A stretch of 64,000 bases of DNA from Ostrea edulis (lineage: Eukaryota), in contig NC_079172.1 of the NCBI RefSeq assembly GCF_947568905.1, forward strand, positions 18,786,001 through 18,850,000, written 5' to 3'. A program made the translations under genes and the position numbers. Shown here piece after piece: positions 1 through 13,525 of the stretch (positions are counted from its first letter, which is position 1; the number at the start of each line of letters is the position of its first letter). Below the pieces are notes generated by a model. It saw only the letters and a program-made list of their open reading frames with translations. It ran no database searches and was not told the origin of the DNA.

Positions 1-1416
1 GGATCCCAACATTATCTCATAATAAGTGGTATCTCTAGATATTTTATCTCATTTTAAATGAAGTCCACTGTATATTGATTGAGTTGAGAAATCATGTACG
101 TTAAGTTATTGCGTAAAAAAAATATCCGTTCTATAAATATTTGAAGTGCATAGAAATTCTAATGTTATCAGATTTTCATCCCACTCTCAAAGCAATTACT
201 GATAAACACTGTGTTTTTTCAGATTGTTTTCATTGACTTTCCTCTCAATTTACTTATTTCTAAGTATTTTGTTGATTCAGATGTGTTTGTGAATTACTTT
301 TGATTAACATTGATTGGTTAGACATGTTGCAAACTTCATTTTACCTCATGTGGATTCTCTTACATACAGGAAGTCGAGAAGAATTATCTTTTATCTTGAT
401 TTGTTGTTCTGAGGGGATATTTTTTTGCAATAAAAAGAGATGTGAAATAGACATTTTCTGATATAAAATTTTTCTCAACTTTACAATGAAAATGTGAAGA
501 ACAACAGTATAATGGGGAAAATAACAAGTAATTGAAAACTGTTGAAATAAAGTACTACAGTGGAGCTTCGTTAATCTGGACACTTGGGTTCCTTGCAAAT
601 CATCAGTAGGATGGTTAACTGATTGCATGTATCTTCATATATTTGTAATCAATGTGCTTGCTTCTTTGATATGTGATATGAAATACACATTAACAGTTTT
701 CTTTTTTACCATATTTTCCCGAATATGATAAGTAGTTATGTTTAATATGCCCACCCCATCCCATTTTGCGTCTGATACACAGTATTAACAGAAAGAACAA
801 AAATTCTAAAACATATTGTTTGGTTATTAAGATAGCATGTCATTTACATTGAAACATGCATATTCAGTAAAACAAATACATTTTTGATCTGAAATGTTTA
901 TTCTATCACAGCTCAGGTTAATCAACTCATGAAGTATACTGTATATAAATTTCAAGTCTGTGACAAATATATTGCAACAAGTATTTGAAGCACTCTCTGT
1001 ATTATTGTACATTTATTTTAGATAGGACAATTATGACAGTACATAAATTATATAATATACCAAAATGAATAATCATAAAACAATTAAGAGACAAAAATTC
1101 TTAAGGACAAAAAAAAATGGATGTATGGGTTGATATCAATTTTATGGCTTAATTAGTTTGGTTTTAATAAGTACAAAAGTACAAAATTCCTTAAATGCTA
1201 GGGGACTTCATTCTTTTAAATCTTCATTTTTTAAAATTCTATTGTCAAAAGTTATTGAAATCTATAACAAATTTTCCCCACTGTACTTATAGTCATTTAG
1301 AACTCATGGGAATGCATTATATTCCATATGGTAATTTGTATTCATTTTACTCATAACAACATGAATTTAGTTTTCATTTTCTAATAAAGTTTGTTTGCAG
1401 AACTCTTGATTCAAAT

Positions 1417-1510
1417 GATCGCATAGGATGAAACTAAGGAAACCAGTCTCAGTTCCGTCAATAGATCGCATAGGATGAAACTAAGGAAACCAGTCCCAGT
1501 TCTGTCAATA
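1417..1510. repeat. 47-bp tandem duplication (2 copies) just downstream of the receptor stop codon
   Basis: gatcgcataggatgaaactaaggaaaccagtctcagttccgtcaata twice, 2 mismatches. Confidence 0.9.
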
Positions 1511-1618
1511 GTTACTAGTTATAACATCCTATATGTTCTACTGTTTCCAACTGCTGCTGGTCGTAATCCACAGTGCTGATTATCATCGCCTTTCTCCATT
1601 TTGTTTTTATTGCAACAT

Positions 1619-2862
1619 TTAACATGGCGTTTCACACTTATCAATACTGTTGTTGGAGTCTGATCCGTTGTGGTAAAAAGACCCATTACTGACCATCCAG
1701 CTCTGGACTCTCTGTTTCCTCTGAATACGGTCATAGCGACACAACAGTAATTTCTTGAAGGTCATTTTGAAGGTCTTGTTAAACATGGTGTAGATAATTG
1801 GATTCAGGGTACTGGACACATACCCCAACCAGTTGAAGGATGCATACAAAGCTGCTTTAAAATTGCAGTCTTGACAAAGCGGTGTCATGATGTTGAGAAT
1901 GAAGAATGGAGCCCAACACACAACGAAGATGACGAATACAATTCCTATGACTTTAGAAGCCTTCTTCTCAGTGTGAACATCATCTAGCTTCTGAATATGA
2001 GTTTTCTTCATTAGTAATATGCTGGTGGCCTTTAAAACCAGTTGGTGCTTTCTGACAAGTCCTCTGAGGTGATTAGAATGACCATTTGGTATGATTAGTC
2101 GGGACCTTGCCCAAGGTGTGACCTTTCTGGACTTGTCACCAGGGCTTTGGTCAATATTTAAATGGCATGTAGAATCTGACAGTTCTAAATCTTTCACTGG
2201 ATTTTTCCTGGATTGTAAGTGGTTGTCTAATAATGGAGATGATGCACAAATGCCTTTCTGGCTTGAAATTTCTGAAATGTTTTCCATACTTGAATGTAAT
2301 GATTTGGGATTGGATTTTCGATTGATGATTGGTGTATATAGGTGTTCATTGGCATCTTCCTGATGGTGGGTGGCCCGATTTCTTGTCTGAAATCTTACCC
2401 TGGTCCCTCGTTTTATTGGCTTTCTGCTCAAGGAGCGTCTAATAACAGGCTGCTCATTTTCCTTTCCTTGAGCATGGAGTTTGTTTGACTGGCTTATTAA
2501 GGTGTACAGTGTCAATCCATAAGACAAAACCATGATAACTAGTGGAATGAAAAAAGCACAGACAGATCCATAGATTTTGAAATTACCATTGGATAATGCA
2601 CAGTGCTGATTAGAGTAAACATTACCCTCGTTAATGAAACCTAATATGGTTATTGGACTAGATATAGCTAATGAGGTGATCCAAACAATGGCTAGTTTAA
2701 TGATGACAATAGATTTGGAGATGTTTCTAGTTGTCAGCGGTGATCGTATGGCCATGTAACGATCTAGAGATATGGTACAGAGATGCAGTATGGATGCAGT
2801 GCACATTAAAACATCCGCAGTCACATAGAGGTTACAGATGATTGGCCCAAATAACCAGTATC
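1619..2862 (-). CDS. HTR2: 5-HT2-type serotonin receptor, coding exon 2: TM3-TM7, long ICL3, C-tail
   Basis: Acceptor tttttcag| at 2863 gives G|YWLFGPIICNLYVTADVLMCTASILHLCTISLDRY. Motifs: D3.32, DRY, GSVCAFFIPL, EKKASKVIG, CWAPFFILN, WLGYVSSTLNPIIY. 379+1244 nt = 541 codons including stop (540 aa). These motifs are typical of the 5-HT2 subfamily; no A/B/C subtype is assigned. Confidence 0.92.
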
Positions 2863-3085
2863 CTGAAAAACAGATGGAGTATAGTCAATTTAAGATTTAA
2901 ATCATTTGTTCTCAGTTTTTGAGAATGCAGGTATTAAATACTGATTGTTACAACAATTTAAGAAATATTTCTTGTATGATTTTAAAATATATCAAAATGA
3001 CAAGTTGCTGGAGTTCCAGACTGTTGAAACTTTCCGAAGTTTTAGAAGTTTTTCTTGGATTTTTAAACATAGCTCCAGGTTTTAA

Positions 3086-3598
3086 AGGGACTGATTCACG
3101 ATTTTACCCAAAATTTTGTTTTTCACTTTTAATGATCAAAATATACTGTCTAATGTGTTTGAAATATTTCACATGAAAATTAAGGTTATACATCATCACA
3201 GAAGCTCAATTTAGAGAGTTTATTATTTGTTTTGTAAACAAAGATTGCAGTATGCTATTGTGTACGAAATTTTCAAAAGAAATGGATATCGATCAAAGAA
3301 TTATTATATCTTTCATATTTCAAGCATTTTAGAGGTGAAATGTGTCATCTAAAAGTTAAAATTTGTGACTATGTAAAATCACGATGCATTATATTACAAA
3401 ATCAATATTTCACTTGTTTGTTTACATAAAAAGACTCGAGTCTTTGTTTACATAACACATATTTAAGGCTAAAATATTGCTTTCATTTTTGCATTCAGAA
3501 GGTCAAAATTTTGGCTGTCAACATTAAATGAGTTATATTTCTAACGTTTAACATCAAAAATGAAAAATATTTTTATCAAAAATCGTGAACCAGTCCCT
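3086..3598. mobile_element. Non-autonomous DNA transposon, TTAA target, Kolobok-like
   Basis: 20-bp TIR AGGGACTG(A/G)TTCACGATTTT with 1 mismatch; TTAA on both sides (3082-3085, 3599-3602). Confidence 0.8.
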
Positions 3599-3602
3599 TT
3601 AA

Positions 3603-3818
3603 AGGGGCTGTAGCTGTCATTTTGTCACCAAAAATTGAATTCATTGAAAATTGCTTTATATTATATATTTTAGTAATAGTACCTTGCAGTCTTTAATTAT
3701 ATCAGACTTTTTATCCTCAAAGCAGGCACATGAACTTGTAATTTTGGTAATCAAATGATTATATTGTTTTGGGAGGGGGGGGAATGGTTGCCATCACTTA
3801 CACAGCTAATATGCCCCT
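3603..3818. mobile_element. Second TTAA-flanked MITE abutting the first
   Basis: Starts AGGGGCTGTAGCTGT, ends ACAGCTAATATGCCCCT, then TTAA at 3819-3822; TIR degenerate. Confidence 0.5.
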
Positions 3819-6800
3819 TTAATATTTAGCTCTTTAATAAAATTTTCCAATGTGCTTTTTCTTGGAGGGAGTGTAGATATAATCAGCCTATATATTATCA
3901 AAATTAAGCATTGATGAAAACATGGCTACATGAATTAATAGTTCTTTTGTAATCATTTAAACTTGGGACACTCACTAATCTGTTTATTCCATTGAACAGA
4001 TGAAGCCAATAATTGTGGGAAAATTCTATGCAGTGTATAACTGATGCTTATTGCATAGTTGACTGTATGCAGAGATGGATTGATTCCTTGCAAAAATCAT
4101 GTTTTCTCTTGTTTTAATTCATATAGATTTTTGGGGGTGGGGGAGGGAGGTTGATTGGTTCTAGTTTGTGTATTTTATGAAGCATCAAGTTGTCTGACAA
4201 TGAAGAATGAAGTAGCTAATAGCTTGATTAGCTTTTGTTGGGTCTGAGCTTTCATTTTTGTACAAGTGTTTCAATAATTCATCATTTACATATAGCTCAA
4301 TATTTTTGAATTACTACATTGCATCTGCCTTTTATGCTCTAATGAAAGCTTGGTTTAGAAATGATACTTTGTTTAATGGGAGTAATGCACCCATTAAGAG
4401 TTTTATAATATTTCATCAATAAAAACAGAATTGTTAATCCTTGTGCAGAATTCCTATTTAGTTGTTTTTTTCTCTATTAATTGATATTCAAGGCTGTACA
4501 GTTGTTATTCTTCTTTTTTTATTCATATTGGGTGTTATCTGTCGGTCCATTAATTGTGGGCTTTTATTGAAAAAAGATTACAGTTTCTATAGGGCATATC
4601 CTTTTTGGAGTCCAAGGACCTAATGTTTCATTGTCAGACCAAATGTATCTCCTGAATCTTTCTTCTCCTGACAATAAACCTTGGTCAGTCTCTCAGGATG
4701 AGCATTCAGGGAATCTGGTGTTGCGTCATGTTCGATCATTTATTACCATGCTAATTGCAATTACTATGGATTTTCAGTGTTTGTTATGTAGAGGATTCCT
4801 TGGTAAAACTGCATGGCTCAATAGTAAATGACTTTTATAGAGTGTGCATGCATATGCATTCAGGTTAAAAAATAATTTTTAAAAAATGATAGAAATGTTT
4901 TGGTATTATGCAGTCTGCAAATACTTCTATCTTCTTCTTTTTTTTTAATATTATTATTTTTGCAAAAATGCTCAGCCTTTGAATTGTTTTGTGAACTTTG
5001 GTAATATATGTTGAAATCATGTTCCTACATTTGGACAAATCAGGGGAAAAGGTGAATTCAAGTAAGAGCTGTACATGTATGTCATTTGCATGGGTTATAA
5101 ACTCTGTTGGCTCTCTATTAATGTCGTAGCAGGCATTTCATCTCTCGATCTAGAAGGGAGGCTACTCTAACCAGTGTCCTCGGGTCAACAGAATTATAAA
5201 GCTGCCCAGTATAGTATTAGTGTGGATATAAAGATATTACCATCATGTTTTTACTGGATATAATTAACCAATGCTGAACACCCATTCAATAAAACAAATA
5301 AAATGCATGGTTTATAATGCCTGCGCAAGTTCTACTCAAGATAAAAGAATTGACCACCAAGTGAACCCTAAAAAACTTCTTTAAAAAAATTAAACAATTG
5401 GAGGGTATTTGAACAGGACATTTTACAAAAGATAAGCAAATGGCATGGGTTTTTTTTTTTTTAAGGAACTTGAATAAATCTGATCATTTTGGTTTAATTG
5501 ATGAAAGGGGATCATAATCATCGAAGTGTGATATGAAGAAGATTTTCTAAGATATGATGCTGCATGTGATTTTTATACTCCTAAGATGAAAGAGTGTGGC
5601 ATATAATTAACATTAACATTTAATCAAATGTATAACCTTGATCATAACTTTTGAACTATACAATTTGGTGCTTGGTGAACTGAGAGGTCAAGTCCAAGCT
5701 ATATATATGACTGATAAAGTTATATACTGCAACAAGTGTTGTCTCATATGCATTTATGTACTGGAAGATAGGAAAAATTCTGACTTCGAAGTGTCTGAAT
5801 TTTTCAAAGATCATGATTTAGATTTTCTTGGCTATTAATTTAGAAAGATGGAACCTCAGGTAGGCTGGCAGTGCCTAGTGCCTACTACTTTAAATTCATA
5901 ATTAAGCTTTCACAACAGAAATACCAGTAATCAATTTTGTAACTGATGCCCTAATTTCGATATTTTAAAGGATTTCCTACTCCTAGATATAGCACATTAG
6001 TCAAGTAAATATTGACAGAAGCTGACATTTTGCTACTTTCCAGTGTTGCTTGAAATTATCAGATTAATTCAGCAATCAAAATGAAAAGTGAAAAACAAGG
6101 TCAGATGTCAGAATTTCAAGCATTCCATCTGTATGTTCTTGGAGGGGTCCATGTTATTCTTCCCATTGACCAGAATATGTCCATGTAGAAAGTTTTTAGT
6201 GGAGTGAAAATAACAAGAGAAAAGTGGTTTTATAAAGCTGTATCAGTTGCAGGGGGATCAGTCTCTGAATGAAAATATTCAGAATTTCTCTGGAGTCATG
6301 AGGTGTGATATTGTTAATTAACCACATTCCCAAATGGAGCAGCTGAAAATTAAAAGGAGCAGATAAAAATTACAGGGAGCAATCTGTCTGCTAGGCTGGG
6401 AATTCTACTGAGAACTTGAGCATGTTTTATGGGGATTAAAAACGGAGTTAGAGACTTTTCAGATTATTTTTGTTGTCTTGTTACATAGGTGCTGCCAAAA
6501 ATTTATCGAAAGAATTGTATATTCTTCAATTATTTCAACAGCTTTCCAAGCCATTAAGTTTTGTGATAATTAATCTGACTAAAGAGAAAAACACGAACTG
6601 CCAAGTGATTTCATTAGTGGCATCACCTCATTCAGTTTTCTGTTCCGATCTCCATTGAAATGTTTTAGTAATTGTTCTCCTCAGTGAGTTAATTCTAAAA
6701 GATAATTGTGATATATTCAATTATATCATTCATGTAATTATAAAATCCGACAACGAAATAAATGTGCAATATAGCATTCATGGAATACATCTGCTGAGTG

Positions 6801-8737
6801 ACTCTGCAGTAAATGCTATTTGTGCTGAAAAATTTTGGTCATTGAAGGCAATCCATTTCATGCGTCATTGATAATGACATCTTGCTATATATTAATGTGT
6901 ATATTCGTCTTGATGAGAGTCTCTCTTGAGTTCCAACAGATTACTAGAACAAAGGACTTGTAGGCTTAATAGTTCCATATTGTTCTGCCTTTATGGATTT
7001 GGAGATTTGGAGCATGTTTTTGGTGTCCATGAATGCTTTTTTAATTTGGGTCGAGAAGGAGGGGGGCTTAATTGGTATATCATTTAATTGCATACACAAA
7101 TTCAATAAAGAATAATGAATAAATGTCAATTTTGGGTCAAGTTCACAGTGCCAGAAGTAATGAATGTATTGATCAGACACATTCATTTGAATTGCAGCAA
7201 CCAAAGCTAATGATATGATTAATATGATTAAACATTGTCCCAATGTGGAAAAAAAAAACCATTGTCAGTTTGACCAATTTGGATGTAAAGGTTTGTTCAC
7301 TGCACCTGGGAAGCTGAATTGAAAGTTGTACATAATGAATGCTTTACCATTCATCAATAAATATGTGTTATTTAGAAGCTCATATCCACATTGACTTCAA
7401 AGAGCTGGAAAACTTATTTCTTCCCCTAGTGAGCCTGCTGGGCATCAGTAATAAAAGAACTCAATTTAGATTTATCTCTCTTTATCAATCCTCTATCACC
7501 CTTCCACTCTTTTTAAATCAAATTTCAACAAGGTCATTTTCATTTATTGGCAAGCCAAATGAACACTTTTTTGCTTTTACTCATAGGAGAAGGTGATTTT
7601 TGATGCCTCCAGCTCATAATCAGTTTATGTCCCTACCAATACACCTGGACAGTATCAATGGCAATGAATGAATGCTGATCAATATTGCATCTATATATAT
7701 ATATATATATATATTTATTATTTCATATTGATACTGCAGCCTGTTAGATATTAATCCTATATGGGTTGATACACTGGTAGTAACAGGATTATTGCAGGGG
7801 GGAAGGGGGGGGGATCTGTCTCTTTGGGCATTTATAAAGTACAAATTGAGATGTTATTAGGGCTCTCAGCGGCTTAATATGAAAGGAATTAATTTTTTAT
7901 ATCAAAGTAATATTAACCCATATAAAATAATTCTCTTCTACACGAGATTCTGGAATGCAAGCTTTTAAAAGTTTTGACAAATGTAAATTGTCTGTAAGTA
8001 GTTAGATATTAAAGATATATTATCAGCGTTTGATACAAATAGCAGTAGGCAATGGTAAGTATAATTTGTGGTATTTGGAATTGATGAAAACAAAATCAGC
8101 ATACTGCAACTGACGTTTCAACACTTTGCATCCTAAATCCTAATATTTGTAACAGTGTAGGTGCTGGGGGAAGGATTTTTTGATCTGTAATGTACAAGAT
8201 AAGTGGCTTCAAAAAGTGTGAAAAAAAATGTATGCAGTGGATGAGAAAATTGGTTAATTTGCTACCACCATCAGATACTTGCAGTGAAGAGGTATTTTTA
8301 ACGACCATGATTTAGATGAATTAAGATATATATATACATGACACGTTTATCGCAAAAAAGCATGCATTTATAGAAACAGAAATGGTGTTTCTAGAAACAA
8401 TTTCACCCTGGAATTTTTGTTATCTCCGTTATTTAAAAGTGGTTGCTAGTTAATGAGTCGGTGTCTTGATGGGATCTCATTTAATCAGACATGCTGTTTA
8501 TATTAATTATTGTATGCAGTTAAAAAGATAGCTGAAAAAAAAATGTTTTCTGTTTGATGGGAGAAAATCATACTAAAATTATGCAATTCACAGAAAATAT
8601 CAAAAATTGTTAATCTTAATGTGTAAATTCAGTATAAGATCAATTACAGTTACGGTTTCATTGAAATTTAGTGACCATCTTCCATCCATGGCTTTGCTAT
8701 AATATAAAATTGCATTGCCTTTTAATAATGAAAAGAT

Positions 8738-9085
8738 GAAGATAATGAATAGTGGTCAATCTCATAACTCCTATAAGGAGTTGGGCAAACATGGACCCCT
8801 GGACATACCAGAGGTGGCATCAGGTGCCTAGAATGAGTAAGCATCCCCTGACAACTGATCACATCTGCTGACTTCTCACACCCACCATGAGCCCTACATC
8901 TTGATCAGGTAAATGGAGTAATCCATAGTCAAAATCAGTGTGTAAAAAACGGCCTAACAATTGGTATGAAACACATTGGACAGCATTTAACCCAATGACA
9001 GGTTGTATTTGCAAACTAGATCACTATAATGACCGTAGAAGTGGCAAAATGCTGACTTTAAATGAGACTGTTGAAACCCCTATGA
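8738..9085 (-). mobile_element. 3' end of a Penelope-like retroelement (ORF C-terminus, 3' UTR, tail unit)
   Basis: Reverse complement of 42256-42600; ends in the ataggagttatgagattga... tail motif. Confidence 0.65.
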
Positions 9086-10230
9086 ACATGCTGCTAATGT
9101 TCATATTTTCTTTTTAAATTAAAAAACTATTTTATTTATCACTTAATTTCTAGGTCTTTCTAAACCAGAAAAAGCAACAGAAATTGGTGAATAATGATGA
9201 AGATTTGTTGTGGTAGAAAGTATTTTTAGTGGAAAATAATTTCCTAAAAACTGGAATTCTTGTTAAATCCTTGTTAGAATTTTTTGTGGTCATGGAAACA
9301 ACATTATCAGACAGGGATTAATTCACTGGATGTTGGGATGGGAGCATTTCTCTGTTGGCTTTCCCTGGTTGTCTGTGTACTTGAAGGGGAAGTAGGGATT
9401 TGAAAATGCTGAAAGGGCCTAATTGGGCAGATGCCTGATGTTCCATTTGAAGTCTGTCTGGTGTGATGACAAGATCTCAGCTGATAATTGCTTCACCACC
9501 TGTAGGATCATAATGCATTGAACGTTCTGTACATTTTTGCAAAGATGCCATTGTGCAAGTCTGAATTGCGGGATTAATATTCATAGATTTATTTTTGCTA
9601 TGAAATGAAATATAATGATAAAAGTTATTTCAGGGCTTGAATTTTGTAGGTGTTAGAGAACCTGCCTTTCTGAAGTACAGCAGCTACTTCATGCTCTATA
9701 CCATGATAAAGATAACTTTATCAAAATGAAGAAATCGGGAGGGGGGGGTGCATATAGTAACTTATAACTGGTTCACTTTGGTAGCATACAACCTGAGTTT
9801 AGCTATCATTTTCAGTATGAGATATGACTAGTCTGTTTTCTGTTAATCTCCACAGTGGCAGACACTAACTAAATGTTGAAAAGCAAATGGTAATGAAAGA
9901 AAAACAATGGAATTGCCCATGCAATCTCTTTTAGTATCTTCTTTAAACAAGTCACTAAGTTGAAACTGTCTGCAAAGTTGATTAAGCTTATTAACTTGTT
10001 CTTTGAGCATACCTGACAACTAAATAATTGTTTGGAAGAAAGGGAAGCATTTGGGGATTTATTTTAAAAGGTTATGTCTGTTTAATCTCTGAGAGATAGT
10101 AATATCCTGTTGTGAGTTAATTGTTTGTTTATTATTAATTCATTATTATTCCCTTTGGGTCTGACTGATTTTGATCAAAGTTAGCTCGGAGAGTTTGTTT
10201 TAGTGACAATTTTGGGCATTGGTTTCTTAC

Positions 10231-10609
10231 CTGTGAAATCATTCACAACTGTGAATGGCATTACTATGATGCAGACCAGGAGGTCAGTAATGGCAAGAGA
10301 CAGCAGAAAATAATTTGTTACACTTTGTAAACGTTTCTCCATAGAAATGGCCATACACACTAAAATATTCCCACCCACTCCAAAAAATATCAGAGGGGTC
10401 AGGAGAAGTATTGGCCAATTATATCCCTGATGTCCATCTTCAATGGTAAGAATATCTGTGCAGTTGACTGATCCATTGAATTCTCCTTGGTTAAATGGAC
10501 ACCCCTTTGTCCTAAGACTGACACTGCTATTTTCCAGCACAAACATTCCATTGGTTAATCCACTGGAAGATGTAATGTTATCATAGGTGTTCACATTTCC
10601 AATCGGCAT
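10231..10609 (-). CDS. HTR2: 5-HT2-type serotonin receptor (class A GPCR), coding exon 1: N-terminus, TM1, TM2
   Basis: ORF MPIGN...GNILVCMAISMEKRLQSVTNYFLLSLAITDLLVCIIVMPF has the GN (TM1) and LAxxD (TM2) motifs and several N-glycosylation sequons. Donor ACAG|GTAAGA at 10230, phase 1. Confidence 0.9.
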
Positions 10610-12824
10610 TTAAAAGAATTTGGTCCCTTTGGAATTTTAAACAATGGTTTGTACTGTAGATTATTGAACCAAAATTACGTTTTATCTTTTCACATGGTAA
10701 AGGCACTTAGAGCAAACCTTGAACTTATATTCCATTGTTAGGAATTTTCCTTGTATAATCATGCATTTTCAACCAATCTGTCTATATTCCAGTCGAAAAA
10801 TAATGCAGCCAAATTTCCTCACATTCAAGGATGATCTAAGCTTCCAACAGAATTTTACCTGCAGAGGAAAAATTAATATGTATGAATTAACCTATACATT
10901 AAAGAAACAAGTTTTTAGGGAAGAAAAGCTGCAATAAATATGTTACCAATTTGACATTTGCAACATATTATTGATTTGGAAATACTTCTCACCATGGGGA
11001 TGATAGATTTATTATGTTAAAATAATAAGCATGCTCTACTTTTATTTTGAACAATTTCTTAATTTTCATTCACATTTTCCATGAATCAAAGGGCTCTGTT
11101 CTGCTTGGAAAGCTAATTAGACTAATAAAGAGACACTAATTAATCATAGTGTATCAGAAATAATGCCTGTGTCCAAGGGCAGATACTTTAACATTAAGCT
11201 TTTTTTTTAAAAGTTGTTTATTGTGTTGCAATTACATTGCACTTTAGAGTAATAATAAACTCATTCCTGAAAAAAAATAGAAAAATAACAAATATGAATT
11301 TATTTTAATTGCTCTGATTCAAGTTTTAAGCAGCTTCCACATTTCTTTGTAATTACAAACTATTAAGATAATTTTTTACCTGATTGATGCAGAAACTTTC
11401 AAGCTGCAGACTAATATCCAGCTGCAGTCCTCGAATCACTAGCACTTACTGGTCCACACAGTAGTGCTGGTAGCTACACACAAGTAAAATCTATCCCATC
11501 AATGCCTTCTACCTGGGATACAGCTGATCAGCATCTGATTAATCCCGTACATACAGAGGAAACAAATTCAAGTGGGGGCTATATCATCTGATTTTGAAAG
11601 TACCTTTTTTTTCCTCTTCTGAGATGATTGTATTGATCAATGGATTAATAAGATTTACACCCGCTTGAAAGTTTGTGGTTGTACACATGTATCGGGCACC
11701 TTGTATATATTTGATAACTGCTACAAAGGCATATCTCTCTGTCGGAAGGAGAAGTATTCAGAAATTTCTTTATATGTTCTTACCACCAATGTATCTTTGC
11801 AATGCAGTTAAATTATCCCACATGGAAATACAATAGTGATACTCTTTTTGAATATCCTTAAATTGTCTTTTAAAAAATGCCAACACATATTATCCTTGGC
11901 AAAATAAGTATATGGAAAGTCCATTATTCATTACAAGAATTTGTGATCCTTGGTGAGAAGAATTTTCCTTTTTATCTAAAGCATCCATTTGGTAGTTTCG
12001 ATTGTGTGTGGAATTCTATCCTTCAAACACCTGATTTTAAAAATACCATCAATCCAGGATGCTCCTTTGAATTAGAATCAGATAAGTGATAAAGTTCCAG
12101 TCTTGTAGTGTGAGGCAGAAGAAGCAGCCCCTATCTGTCGTGTTCTGTAGAGGCTCTCCAACCACTGATAACTTTATATATTGTTGATATCAATTGTTAC
12201 ATCTATACTTCACCTGATGTACTTGTATTGTCAGACTTTGCACAGTGGAATCAGAAGGGAACCAATACCTGTCATTGTCTGCAATCTGCATTATATCAAT
12301 CAATGTTTGTGATTTGAGTTACTAGTTTTTGATTGAATGTTAATTGGCTGCCTAAAACCAAACTACTCCTTGTTCCAAGCATTAATGCATGCACAATATG
12401 GGACATGCATGTTTGCCCATCTTTCATCTTTCTTTGCATTAGCATGTGTTCTGCATGGTCACAGTTTAAGAAACCTTCAAGCACATGATGCACATACAGC
12501 TTGGTGAGCATGTTGAAATTGGATGAACCTGACATTCTTTCTTTCTGACATTAAATCCACATTTCTTAATTCACATTTAGCAAATTTTGTTGATCTCCAC
12601 GGATATGCTATCATCTAATTACATACACAGACAACTTGAAACTATTAATAGTGATACAGTATTATGCAATTCATGGCCTTGGGTTAGGGAATGGGACATT
12701 ATGATTCATACATTTCTATGAAATTTTTCTAGAAGAGTTGTAGACACCAAACAGCTGAACTGAATTTAAGTGATATTGTGAAACTCGTGCTCCTGGGTCT
12801 CTTTTATGGGAGTAAAAAATTTCT

Positions 12825-12945
12825 TTTTTAAAACTCTAAACACTTTCCTGCAATATTTCGACCGTGTTACTGCTCTTTTTCAGTCATATTTATTTATCAT
12901 AGCAACGTAACGCAAGATTACATACACAAAAATACTATGACGTCA
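12825..12945 (-). repeat. Dispersed repeat carrying a degenerate hammerhead motif (homolog of 34575-34695)
   Basis: Aligns by eye to the reverse complement of 34575-34695; core decayed to CTGAAAAA...CACGGTCGAAATATT. Confidence 0.7.
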
Positions 12946-13525
12946 AAATGAGTATTACAATATGCAATTTCTAAGATATCAGCTCTTTGGTGATGGAGGT
13001 ACGTTCTGCTTTCTGTTGAATGCTTGGGTGGGTACAAGATGTATACATAATAGTATAGACTGGCTATGTAAATAAGGATAAAAGTGATGAAAGCAGAAAT
13101 TTTGTTTATATCGGCCGTTAAATTGGAATACATTAAACTGACCATATATTAAGGATAATTTGTTTCAATTAGGCCATTAAATTAGATATGAAATTATTAT
13201 TTATTTCCTCTTCTACACGAGTGATACTTCAATCAAAGAAAGATGGTGATTATCTATTTTTGTTTGAACTATTTTATTATCAAATACTCATAAACTTACT
13301 AAATTTGTGTGTCCCTGCAGTTCGGGTGGTTGCATGACGTCAGGCAATTATCCTTTAGGCAATATATGAATGCAGCAATAAGCATTTGTACCAACAGCAT
13401 GAATACAAAAATATGTTTTGCGTCTAAAGAGACTAATAATGAAATTAACAATGCTCACCCGACCCCGTGGACACGTACATCCTCAAATATGAATACACGT
13501 ACAATTAAATATATATGGTATTAAT

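Noticed and set aside
2091-2363. Antisense ORF within the receptor exon and the other short ORFs of 60-110 aa
   Set aside because: No recognisable domains; expected by chance or located inside repeats.
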